From the NCBI GenBank assembly GCA_001643675.2, contig LSRY02000093.1, forward strand, positions 1 through 27,525: a stretch of 27,525 bases of DNA, read 5' to 3'. Each line of letters begins with the position of its first letter. The first letter of the stretch is position 1. This DNA is from Monocercomonoides exilis PA203. Lineage: Eukaryota > Protista > Preaxostyla. Below, in pieces: positions 9,401 through 21,922 of this stretch. Under the pieces are notes generated by a model. It did no database searches, had not been told where the DNA came from, and saw only the letters and a list, made by a program, of their open reading frames with translations. The position numbers were made by a program, and so were the translations under genes.

Positions 9401-12381
9401 GAGGAGGATTTGCTGCGAAGAGTGTTTGTGTTCAGAAGTGAGTTCATATTTGTGTCTTCTGTTGTGGGGAACAGCAGCGACAGCAAGCAGTGTGGGGAGA
9501 TGAAGAGCACATGCTCCTCGCTGGATGTTGGGGTGAGCCACATCATCCCATCAGATTATTCGCAGTTATTGATCTGGAATGAAACAACATTGACTGGCTC
9601 GTGCTCTGCTCAAAGGGTGACCATCAAGTCGATGGAAGCAAGCAGGAATGCCGAAATCAAAGTGAGCGAGATCAGTTTGGCAGATGAGGGAGTTGTGAGA
9701 ACTTCAGAGTCTGTTCGACTTGAGAAAGTTTCATTTGTTTTTGGTGGAATGCAGAATGTTGTCTGCTCGTGTTTAATACACCAATTGAATGGATCTCTAA
9801 TTCTCGAATCTGTTTCGTTTCATTCAGAGAGCAGAACAACAGCGAATCCACAGCTCCTTTTCGATGCTTCTCTGATTGTTGTTGAAGATGGGGTATTTGA
9901 AGCAGATGCGTGCAGCGTTAACAGTTTGGGATTCACAAAACCTGTTTTCAACATATTGGGTTCGGAAAGAGCATCATTTGACGATCTGGGAGTGGATGAT
10001 GTTCGATGCAAGAGTTCGGTGATTGAATGTGGAAAGAGCGAGAAAGTGAGTGTTTCAAGGCTGACAGGCACAAACATCACTCTTCAAAACGAAAGTCTTA
10101 TCTCATTTGAAAACGGCCATTCTTCTCTGTTTGTTTCGTTGGTGTTGTCATCGTTTTCAAATATCAGCCGATCGGCAAGTGGGTCTTGTATTGTCTGCAC
10201 AACTCACCCGATGGGCTGTTTTGAGATGTGCAACTGCTCGCTCAGCAAGTGCTCATCAGAGTCACAAAAGGGGAGCCAGGTGGCGATAACATCGGCAGAG
10301 AAGATATTGATGGAATCGTGTGTGTTTGAAGGAAGTTTAGAGGAAAGAACCGAGAATTATTTGAATCGAGAAGAAGAAATATGCCGATGGAATGGATCTG
10401 TTGTTGATGTTGCGAAGAGTTCTGCGATGCTGAAAGATACAACAATCTTGAATTCACCAGAGGGTGGAATAACAACGAGTGGAGGAAATGTGAAAATTGA
10501 GAAAGGAGAGTTTTTGAATAACAATCCATCGATTGAAGGATATCCTTCGCTGAGAAGAAACATCATCTGCTCTGATTCAGGAATATTGAATGTGATGAGT
10601 TTGAAGGGAGGAGATGGATTGGAGAGAAATACATCACTTTGGATGTTGGATGATGGATGCAGTTTTGAAGGGATTGTTTCTGAAAGAGATTCATCATTCG
10701 TCATTCCTGTGCTGGAGAGCGTGGAAGCAAAAAGAGGCAAATAGAATGAAACTGACATTCAAAGGGATGCTTCTTGTTCCATGCAATCTGTCATTCTCTG
10801 TTGCGAAGAGGAAGGGAGATGAGAAGGAGATTGAAAAATACGATTTTGATATGGAAGGATTCTTGTCAGAAAGAGAAGCAGAAGGGAGCGTGGCAAAAGA
10901 TCTCCTCAGCAGTTGTGGAGATGAAATCGAAGTGAGTGCTTCAATTTTGTTTGGCAACGCAGAATCTCCTTCCTCAACAAATCCATTCATTCTGAAGAAT
11001 GCAAGTGAAGCAAAGGGTGGAGATGAAAGGATTGTTGAAGGTGAAAACAAGGAAATGTCCATATGGCCAATAATCGTTATCGTGCTTGTTGTGATTTTGT
11101 TGATTGTTCTTGTTGGATTTATTTTGTTTGTTGTTCGATGGAAAAAGCAAAAGAGACGGACAGAAGAATTGGAGGTGATTGTGGAAGACAATATCAGAAA
11201 GGATCCGAAGGCGATTGAGATGGTGACAATGGAGATGTCGCCTGAGGATCAGTGGAGAAGGGCTGAGAGGGAGGCTGAGAAGAAGAATGAAGAGAGGATA
11301 AAGAAGATGGTGTTTGAGAAAAGCTTGGGACACTCCGAGTCATCAGAGCATTTATTGAGTGAAAGTGGATCGACTGAATACATCCTGGGAGAGATTCAGA
11401 TAAGATTCCTGAATGGATGCTGGAGAAGGTTGAAGAAGAAGAGATAAGGAAGAGAACACCATCGCCATCTGTTTCATCCACTTCAACAACTGACTCAGAT
11501 TCAACATTTGTTCGTGGGGAGGATCTGTGCCCCACCACCTCATCAATGTCGAATCTGGTGGATGCAATGGCCTGCTCCTCGCCTCATGAGAAGCTGATTG
11601 TGGATCTGAGGGATTCGCTGTTCATGCTGTTGCACGGGAGGAATAAGACGAAGGAGATGGCAATAGGAACTCTGAAGGAGAGGGAGCAAACAGCTGCTCA
11701 GATCCTGTTCTGGGTGGCCAACCTTGCTCTCCATTCATTTGACGAAATGGAAAATGAGCTTTCCTCTTTGGCCAACTTGAGTCCCCACCTTGTGTTGTTC
11801 TCAGAGCACATGGTGATCTGCATTGTGATGCATTCTGACTTATTGTCAGATGATGATTCAGATTCATCATCAATCTCTTCATCAACAGTTGCAACGTCTG
11901 TCAGTGATGATGACAGAGACTCACTACCCTCGTCTGCCTTTGAGGATGAAGATGACTTCAGAAAAGAGTGCCTGAGGTGGAAGGCGCCCGAGCTGCTGAT
12001 CAACAAGAAGATGGGTGCAACAAAGGAGTCGGTGGCATTCTCGATCGGGATGATGCTGTGGGAGTGCCTGACGCTCCAGATCCCATTTGGTGAGTATGAG
12101 GCAGAAATCGCTGGAGAAAAATCAAAAATGGAGAGAGGCCGCCCATGCAGCCCATCGGCTCGTCTGCCTTCTCTGAGCTCGTCAATGCCTGCCTGTCGGT
12201 GAACCCCGCCGACAGACAGACCCTCACCAGTCTCAAGCGCCTGCTCATCCAGCACTTCCCGCCTGGCGCTGCCATCCTCACCCTCTCCGATGCAGTCGAC
12301 TACACCTGCTGCTCCGACAGACAGCAGCAACTCTCTGGCTCAGCCTCGTGCAGCTCCATCTCGGCCACTTTCATCTCGTAG
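6465..12381 (+). pseudogene. 3' part of left giant receptor-pseudokinase gene (beta-helix-like modules, TM helix ~11061-11135, pseudokinase C-lobe ~11680-12270, stop TAG 12379-12381)
   Basis: ORFs 6544-7962, 7959-8279, 8309-9298, 9051-9356, 9353-10744, 10614-11447, 11417-12202 and 12145-12381 chain by homopolymer indels, several of which are intact in the mirror copy. Called a pseudogene because the DIRS insertion disrupts the upstream part. Confidence 0.85.
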
Positions 12382-14392
12382 AACAGTGTTTTCCTCCTTC
12401 CTGCCCGATATCTTGCTCATCGGCGTGCAGGATTCGCTTCAACAAGGTGGATTAGTATTGTCGAATTCGGTACAACAAATGGTGAACTGAAATGAAACAC
12501 CCAATTTGTTCCTTCCAAATACCATTTATGATTTTTTGTGATTTTTTTTTTCTTTTTTGTTTGTGTTGATGTTGTTGCACAAAATGCATCAGTATTTGTG
12601 CATCTTTTTCTGTTTATTTGCTTCTATCCCCGCCGTTTTTGTTTTTGTGACACTTCACCTTTGCCATTTTCTGCTCTTCCCCATGATGTTCGTCTTCTTT
12701 TGTGTTTGTCTTGTTTTTTGTGTTTTTCGAATCCAAAAATGAAGTGATTGTTGAAAGCAGATAAACTCAATTCTTTGAACTTAAAAATGTCACAAACCAG
12801 CAGCCACACAGAGCAGCCCTCTTTGTCACAGTTCCAGAGAGAAAGAGGAAGAGACAAAACAAAATAATCTCAATTCCCCAGACTCATTCCCATTTGCTTT
12901 CCAAACAATTCTGAGCCAAAGGAAGAGCTGGATGTGGCTGCTTCTGTGGAACTGATGGAATTGGCTGGTGGGCTGATGCTTGTGCCTCATTGCCACTGGG
13001 CAGAAAATGTGCGAGTTGTTGAAGGCGAGAAAGCACAATGGAAGAAGACTCAAATTCCTTCTCATCTCAAATGTCCAAGGCAGTTAAATTGGCTCTTTCT
13101 CATCGCTGTGAGCCAGAATCTGTCGCATCCCAGCGGTTTGAGACTCTCGCCCCTCGGCAGTGCTCATTCACGATGCTTCCTCAAAGTGGCACATTTCCTC
13201 CAGCTTTGCCAAACAACAAACATAAACCTTCACACCAGCAAACGAAACACATACTTTGTCAAATGGCTCGTCTAGCTTGGCCTCAACAAGAAATCTTGTT
13301 TTTGCATTTTTCAAAGCAAGCTGCCCCCTGACATTTGCTTTCAAAAATACAATAATAAGGATATTGGAGTTATATATTGGGGGAAAAAATACTTTTCCCG
13401 TTTAGTTTATCTTTTTGCAAGAAACCAAAATTTCTGTTTGCTCAATAATGCATGTTTCGATATTCGAAATCCAACATGTGATTTCTTGAATCTTTGACAG
13501 CTTGCCAGATCTGCAATTCGTCTGAAAAGAATTATGAAATATTGCTTCAGCATTCAATCCAGAAACCTCACCCACGCAGGCAATCCGAACACTTCTGTCG
13601 CACCCAAAAATTCAGAAAATGATATTTGACAGATTCAAACTGTCATAAGCACATTTGTCCAAAATATAAAATATCAAAAATCCAATGAAATGATGATGCA
13701 TACGCTATGGAAGAAACTTTGTTGCTTCTGATTGCTGAATGCAGCCGCAAAGTGCAGATGAAAATGATTGCAAGTGAAAGCTCAACGAGGGTTCGTTTTC
13801 ATCGCAGATGCCAAGAAGAAACAGCAAATTGCAGAAATAATATCTGCGGAGTATGGCCAAATTTTTATTTTTTTAAATTTTGTATAATTTTATTTTCAGT
13901 TAATTCAGAATATCGCGCGATATTGAATTATATCATTGCACAACTTCAATAAAGACATGGGGTGGTTTTTTTATCCGAACATTTTATTTTTCATAGGCGT
14001 ATCTCACAAAATAAAACCTAAAAATAGAAAAGGCATATTAAACCAGATTTATATTCCGATTTTATGTTCATACAAATTGTTTTTCTTGTCAATTTTTGTT
14101 TTTGATGAAGATCTTGGGAATTTTTAATTTATTTTTGATCATTTGTTTTGTCCATTTTGGACTATATTTCTTTTTTTGTTTATTTTTTAACTGCAAGGTC
14201 ATGAAACATACTCTTTGAAGTTTTATTGTTCCAAATGTTATTTGTTTTTAACTATTTTTCATAAGTTTTTGCATTTCATTGTTTTTATCAAAAATGATGA
14301 ATAAATGAATAATCTAAGCGATGAGATGTTTAAAAGATATTAAGATTTATTTTCTTATTCAATTTGAAAAATATAAAAACTCATTTTTGATT
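6887..14392 (+). repeat. Left arm of ~15 kb inverted duplication (palindrome)
   Basis: Reverse complement of 14417-21922; ORF translations are mirrored. Differences I saw are homopolymer indels plus a few changes near the apex. Confidence 0.97.
11680..12270 (+). other. Degenerate protein kinase (TK/TKL-like) C-lobe, pseudokinase
   Basis: LANLSPHLVLF (degenerate catalytic loop), CLRWKAPELL, FSIGMMLWECLTLQIPF, GERP, LVNACLSVNPADR; no GxGxxG, VAIK, HRD or DFG recognisable. Confidence 0.8.
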
Positions 14393-14416
14393 CAATTTAA
14401 CATCACTTATAAGTTA
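14393..14416. other. Palindrome apex/spacer (24 nt) containing the perfect 10-bp palindrome ACTTATAAGT (14405-14414)
   Basis: CAATTTAACATCACTTATAAGTTA lies between arm ends ...TTTTTGATT and AATCAAAAA... Confidence 0.9.
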
Positions 14417-17400
14417 AATCAAAAATGAGTTTTTATATTTTTCAAATTGAATAAGAAAATAAATCTTAATATCTTTTAAACATCTCATCGCTTAGATTAT
14501 TCATTTATTCATCATTTTTGATAAAAACAATGAAATGCGAAAAACTGAAAAATAGTTAAAAACAAATAACATTTGGAACAATAAAACTTCAAAGAGTATG
14601 TTTCATGACCTTGTAGTTAAAAATAAACAAAAAAAAGAAATATAGTCCAAAATGGACAAAACAAATGATCAAAAATAAATTAAAAATTCCCAAGATCTTC
14701 ATCAAAAACAAAAATTGACAAGAAAAACAATTTGTATGAACATAAAATCGGAATATAAATCTGGTTTAATATGCCTTTTCTATTTTTAGGTTTTATTTTG
14801 TGAGATACGCCTATGAAAAATAAAATGTTCGGATAAAAAAACCACCCCATGTCTTTATTGAAGTTGTGCAATGATATAATTCAATATCGCGCGATATTCT
14901 GAATTAACTGAAAATAAAATTATACAAAATTTAAAAAAAATAAAAATTTGGCCATACTCCGCAGATATTATTTCTGCAATTTGCTGTTTCTTCTTGGCAT
15001 CTGCGATGAAAACGAACCCTCGTTGAGCTTTCACTTGCAATCATTTTCATCTGCACTTTGCGGCTGCATTCAGCAATCAGAAGCAACAAAGTTTCTTCCA
15101 TAGCGTATGCATCATCATTTCATTGGATTTTTGATATTTTATATTTTGGACAAATGTGCTTATGACAGTTTGAATCTGTCAAATATCATTTTCTGAATTT
15201 TTGGGTGCGACAGAAGTGTTCGGATTGCCTGCGTGGGTGAGGTTTCTGGATTGAATGCTGAAGCAATATTTCATAATTCTTTTCAGACGAATTGCAGATC
15301 TGGCAAGCTGTCAAAGATTCAAGAAATCACATGTTGGATTTCGAATATCGAAACATGCATTATTGAGCAAACAGAAATTTTGGTTTCTTGCAAAAAGATA
15401 AACTAAACGGGAAAAGTATTTTTTCCCCCAATATATAACTCCAATATCCTTATTATTGTATTTTTGAAAGCAAATGTCAGGGGGCAGCTTGCTTTGAAAA
15501 ATGCAAAAACAAGATTTCTTGTTGAGGCCAAGCTAGACGAGCCATTTGACAAAGTATGTGTTTCGTTTGCTGGTGTGAAGGTTTATGTTTGTTGTTTGGC
15601 AAAGCTGGAGGAAATGTGCCACTTTGAGGAAGCATCGTGAATGAGCACTGCCGAGGGGCGAGAGTCTCAAACCGCTGGGATGCGACAGATTCTGGCTCAC
15701 AGCGATGAGAAAGAGCCAATTTAACTGCCTTGGACATTTGAGATGAGAAGGAATTTGAGTCTTCTTCCATTGTGCTTTCTCGCCTTCAACAACTCGCACA
15801 TTTTCTGCCCAGTGGCAATGAGGCACAAGCATCAGCCCACCAGCCAATTCCATCAGTTCCACAGAAGCAGCCACATCCAGCTCTTCCTTTGGCTCAGAAT
15901 TGTTTGGAAAGCAAATGGGAATGAGTCTGGGGAATTGAGATTATTTTGTTTTGTCTCTTCCTCTTTCTCTCTGGAACTGTGACAAAGAGGGCTGCTCTGT
16001 GTGGCTGCTGGTTTGTGACATTTTTAAGTTCAAAGAATTGAGTTTATCTGCTTTCAACAATCACTTCATTTTTGGATTCGAAAAACACAAAAACAAGACA
16101 AACACAAAAGAAGACGAACATCATGGGGAAGAGCAGAAAATGGCAAAGGTGAAGTGTCACAAAAACAAAAACGGCGGGGATAGAAGCAAATAAACAGAAA
16201 AAGATGCACAAATACTGATGCATTTTGTGCAACAACATCAACACAAACAAAAAGAAAAAAAAAAATCACAAAAATCATAAATGGTATTTGGAAGGAACAA
16301 ATTGGGTGTTTCATTTCAGTTCACCATTTGTTGTACCGAATTCGACAATACTAATCCACCTTGTTGAAGCGAATCCTGCACGCCGATGAGCAAGATATCG
16401 GGCAGGAAGGAGGAAAACACTGTTCTACGAGATGAAAGTGGCCGAGATGGAGCTGCACGAGGCTGAGCCAGAGAGTTGCTGCTGTCTGTCGGAGCAGCAG
16501 GTGTAGTCGACTGCATCGGAGAGGGTGAGGATGGCAGCGCCAGGCGGGAAGTGCTGGATGAGCAGGCGCTTGAGACTGGTGAGGGTCTGTCTGTCGGCGG
16601 GGTTCACCGACAGGCAGGCATTGACGAGCTCAGAGAAGGCAGACGAGCCGATGGGCTGCATGGGCGGCCTCTCTCCATTTTTGATTTTTCTCCAGCGATT
16701 TCTGCCTCATACTCACCAAATGGGATCTGGAGCGTCAGGCACTCCCACAGCATCATCCCGATCGAGAATGCCACCGACTCCTTTGTTGCACCCATCTTCT
16801 TGTTGATCAGCAGCTCGGGCGCCTTCCACCTCAGGCACTCTTTTCTGAAGTCATCTTCATCCTCAAAGGCAGACGAGGGTAGTGAGTCTCTGTCATCATC
16901 ACTGACAGACGTTGCAACTGTTGATGAAGAGATTGATGATGAATCTGAATCATCATCTGACAATAAGTCAGAATGCATCACAATGCAGATCACCATGTGC
17001 TCTGAGAACAACACAAGGTGGGGACTCAAGTTGGCCAAAGAGGAAAGCTCATTTTCCATTTCGTCAAATGAATGGAGAGCAAGGTTGGCCACCCAGAACA
17101 GGATCTGAGCAGCTGTTTGCTCCCTCTCCTTCAGAGTTCCTATTGCCATCTCCTTCGTCTTATTCCTCCCGTGCAACAGCATGAACAGCGAATCCCTCAG
17201 ATCCACAATCAGCTTCTCATGAGGCGAGGAGCAGGCCATTGCATCCACCAGATTCGACATTGATGAGGTGGTGGGGCACAGATCCTCCCCACGAACAAAT
17301 GTTGAATCTGAGTCAGTTGTTGAAGTGGATGAAACAGATGGCGATGGTGTTCTCTTCCTTATCTCTTCTTCTTCAACCTTCTCCAGCATCCATTCAGGAA

Positions 17401-20400
17401 TCTTATCTGAATCTCTCCCCAGGATGTATTCAGTCGATCCACTTTCACTCAATAAATGCTCTGATGACTCGGAGTGTCCCAAGCTTTTCTCAAACACCAT
17501 CTTCTTTATCCTCTCTTCATTCTTCTTCTCAGCCTCCCTCTCAGCCCTTCTCCACTGATCCTCAGGCGACATCTCCATTGTCACCATCTCAATCGCCTTC
17601 GGATCCTTTCTGATATTGTCTTCCACAATCACCTCCAATTCTTCTGTCCGTCTCTTTTGCTTTTTCCATCGAACAACAAACAAAATAAATCCAACAAGAA
17701 CAATCAACAAAATCACAACAAGCACGATAACGATTATTGGCCATATGGACATTTCCTTGTTTTCACCTTCAACAATCCTTTCATCTCCACCCTTTGCTTC
17801 ACTTGCATTCTTCAGAATGAATGGATTTGTTGAGGAAGGAGATTCTGCGTTGCCAAACAAAATTGAAGCACTCACTTCGATTTCATCTCCACAACTGCTG
17901 AGGAGATCTTTTGCCACGCTCCCTTCTGCTTCTCTTTCTGACAAGAATCCTTCCATATCAAAATCGTATTTTTCAATCTCCTTCTCATCTCCCTTCCTCT
18001 TCGCAACAGAGAATGACAGATTGCATGGAACAAGAAGCATCCCTTTGAATGTCAGTTTCATTCTATTTGCCTCTTTTTTTGCTTCCACGCTCTCCAGCAC
18101 AGGAATGACGAATGATGAATCTCTTTCAGAAACAATCCCTTCAAAACTGCATCCATCATCCAACATCCAAAGTGATGTATTTCTCTCCAATCCATCTCCT
18201 CCCTTCAAACTCATCACATTCAATATTCCTGAATCAGAGCAGATGATGTTTCTTCTCAGCGAAGGATATCCTTCAATCGATGGATTGTTATTCAAAAACT
18301 CTCCTTTCTCAATTTTCACATTTCCTCCACTCGTTGTTATTCCACCCTCTGGTGAATTCAAGATTGTTGTATCTTTCAGCATCGCAGAACTCTTCGCAAC
18401 ATCAACAACAGATCCATTCCATCGGCATATTTCTTCTTCTCGATTCAAATAATTCTCGGTTCTTTCCTCTAAACTTCCTTCAAACACACACGATTCCATC
18501 AATATCTTCTCTGCCGATGTTATCGCCACCTGGCTCCCCTTTTGTGACTCTGATGAGCACTTGCTGAGCGAGCAGTTGCACATCTCAAAACAGCCCATCG
18601 GGTGAGTTGTGCAGACAATACAAGACCCACTTGCCGATCGGCTGATATTTGAAAACGATGACAACACCAACGAAACAAACAGAGAAGAATGGCCGTTTTC
18701 AAATGAGATAAGACTTTCGTTTTGAAGAGTGATGTTTGTGCCTGTCAGCCTTGAAACACTCACTTTCTCGCTCTTTCCACATTCAATCACCGAACTCTTG
18801 CATCGAACATCATCCACTCCCAGATCGTCAAATGATGCTCTTTCCGAACCCAATATGTTGAAAACAGGTTTTGTGAATCCCAAACTGTTAACGCTGCACG
18901 CATCTGCTTCAAATACCCCATCTTCAACAACAATCAGAGAAGCATCGAAAAGGAGCTGTGGATTCGCTGTTGTTCTGCTCTCTGAATGAAACGAAACAGA
19001 TTCGAGAATTAGAGATCCATTCAATTGGTGTATTAAACACGAGCAGACAACATTCTGCATTCCACCAAAAACAAATGAAACTTTCTCAAGTCGAACAGAC
19101 TCTGAAGTTCTCACAACTCCCTCATCTGCCAAACTGATCTCGCTCACTTTGATTTCGGCATTCCTGCTTGCTTCCATCGACTTGATGGTCACCCTTTGAG
19201 CAGAGCACGAGCCAGTCAATGTTGTTTCATTCCAGATCAATAACTGCGAATAATCTGATGGGATGATGTGGCTCACCCCAACATCCAGCGAGGAGCATGT
19301 GCTCTTCATCTCCCCACACTGCTTGCTGTCGCTGCTGTTCCCCACAACAGAAGACACAAATATGAACTCACTTCTGAACACAAACACTCTTCGCAGCAAA
19401 TCCTCCTCATCCCCATAATTGTCTGCTGTGCATCCCCATATTGCCAGCTCCTTCACAAACGGCTCCCCGAAGTTTATCAGGAACTGTGATTCACTTATCT
19501 GCGAGTCAAGGTCAGTGCACTTCACAAACACATCCCTCCCTTTCGAAGCAACATTCTCTCGCAATGTGATATTCGACAGCACAAATGGCAATGCTTCCTG
19601 TGAGACACTCTGCGATTTCAAAAACATCCCTCCGCCCCTCCCAATGTTCGAGCAGAAACATTTTACCACATTCGTGTGGTTCATCTCCAGCTTCCCTCTC
19701 ATTGAGGAGGAAGAACATTCCTCCTCCTTCATTCGAGCTTGCCGATCCACACCCATCAATTGTCGAATTCTCCATTTTCAATCTCACATCATTCGACACA
19801 TCACAGCAAAGCAATGAAGGGTTGATTGTCGCACTGTGCTTCACATTCGCAAATATGCATTGCTCAAATAGAATATTCCATACTTCTTCTGCATCATTCT
19901 TTTCGCTTGAAGCAATCGTATTTTCACTCATCGCAACTGCACTTTTCCCGCTCAATGCAATATCTTCAAATGTCACATTGTTCATTGCTATCGCACAATC
20001 TGTTGACACACTCATGATCTCACACATCGATGACAATCCTGCGATGTTTGTCTTTTCAATCTCAACAATTCCTTTCGAGGCACCGATCAGCACAAATGAC
20101 ACCTCGCCTTCGGCACTGCCATGTGTGCTGATTGAACAGCTCACAATGCTCGTTTTGATTGCATCTGAACCTGTCTGGATGAGAATGCTTGCTCCGTTAT
20201 CAAAAGCAGTCGGAATCACCATTCCCATTTCTTTGAATTGAACAGCCCCTTTGCACTCAACAATAGCATCTCCATCACCCTCAATCGCTTTCACAAATTG
20301 GATTTTGTCTGTTTCGCCATTTGTTCCTTCCACCTTCATCCCACTCATCTCAATCACACTCCTTGCATCGCAAACCCCATGAATTATCATGCGCTCGACT

Positions 20401-21922
20401 CCAGAACTGACTGTTCTCTTCAGCCCATAATCAACAGATCTGCACGGATATTCTTCCAACCCACACACCGCCACATTCTTTCCTTCCTCTGTAATAAACA
20501 CGCTCGATCCAATCTCTTTCCAGAAATAGATCAGTGGGATTGCACACTCCCTATTTCCCCATCATATCCCCTCATCGAGTCTTCTGTCAGCAACTCCAGT
20601 CTATCTTTCACAAATGGCAATGTTTCGTTCTTGATGCTCTTGATGAGCAATGGAGATGAAATGAATAAGTCTTTCCCAAACTTCGCATTATTCGGCTTGT
20701 CAGTCGAAAAACAGGCGAGGATATCACAAACCCTGCCTTTCCTTCCTCTTCCTCTTGTTTCTGCATCTTCAGCATTATTCCTCCTCCATATCCAACTCCT
20801 TCCTCTTCATGTGGTGCTGTGCAGCAATAAAACTCACACCCGCTTATCAATAGGTTTGTGTTTGCAGATGCTTCATAAAAGAATGCACCTCCTCCAATCT
20901 CATTTCCCTTATCTCCAGCAACAGCACACCCTTCAAATGTGCAGTCATCTATTTCCACTTTGTGCTCTCTTCCATCATCATCATTCTCATTGTTCACAAC
21001 ACTTATGCATCCTCCACTTTCCTTCGAACGAGTAATCGATGAAAATGTGCATCCTGACATCTCATCGATATTTCCGTTATGGCACTCAACAACGCTCCCA
21101 TCGCCAAATGTGATTTCAGCAAAATTGCTCTTCGTCATATTCATCGAAGGCACACTTTCTGCATTCCCTTCAACAACAAATACCGATGAATCTCCAATTT
21201 TCATATTCTTTGTTGCAAACTCATTAATCTCCACTACCCCTCCAGCAGCCTTCACAAACACTGTCGAAATAGCCTCATCCCCTCCTTCCATCCCACATTT
21301 GGTCAGTGTGAGTTTCTCTGAATGGCACTCAAACACACTTTCATGATCTGTCAGCGATTTCTTCAAAGAAAAGATAATTCCTGTCACAAACACACTGACA
21401 GAGCTTTCAACCAATCCATTTTGTGCTCCTTCTTTCTGGTCAGAAACTTCACACTTCATTTCATTCTCTTTGGATGCAATGCTCCATTCGTTTGAGGTCA
21501 AATCCAATTCCTCATCAAATGAAAATGGCTCACAAATTGAGACATCCTTATTCTTCCCTTCAAAGTGGAGTGACACTGCCTTCAAAATAGTCGAACATGG
21601 AGATGATTCATATCCACACATCGAAAAATCATGGCCCAAAGATCCTCCCACAAACGCTGGAGCTGAAAAGTTGTTCCACAGATACACCACCAGCGGGATG
21701 GCAAATGTTTCATTCAGCGTTGATCTCTCAAATCCATTCAATTTTGTGAAATCATTCAATTCAACTCCAAAGCTGATCGATTCTCTGTTAATCACACTCG
21801 AAAGATCATGTGCGTTGATGAAGATTTCTTTCCCTCTCTGGCATCACATTCAGAAAATGAAACATCCCTCAAAACGAATGACTGAGCTCCATCAGCCAAA
21901 TGAAGATAAATCCCTCCTCCGT
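14417..21922 (-). repeat. Right arm of ~15 kb inverted duplication
   Basis: Reverse complement of 6887-14392. Identity ends at GGA-TAC-GGA-GGA-GGG (right) versus GGA-AAC-GGA-GGA-GGG (left). Confidence 0.97.

Noticed and set aside
6704-12330. Numerous antisense ORFs (e.g. 7979-8572, 8569-9225, 11698-12330) and their mirrors
   Set aside because: Shadows of the sense receptor ORF: Ser/Phe/Ile-rich, no domains.
12490-14130. Short ORFs in the 3' intergenic part of the arms (12934-13275, 13038-13331, 13707-13952 and mirrors)
   Set aside because: No recognisable motifs. Their duplication reflects the palindrome, not conservation. 12800-13330 may be a decayed gene relic but cannot be assigned.
6887-21922. 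Arms as terminal inverted repeats of a DNA transposon or Polinton
   Set aside because: Arms abut with a 24-nt spacer, contain host gene sequence, and show no transposase, polymerase or target-site duplication.
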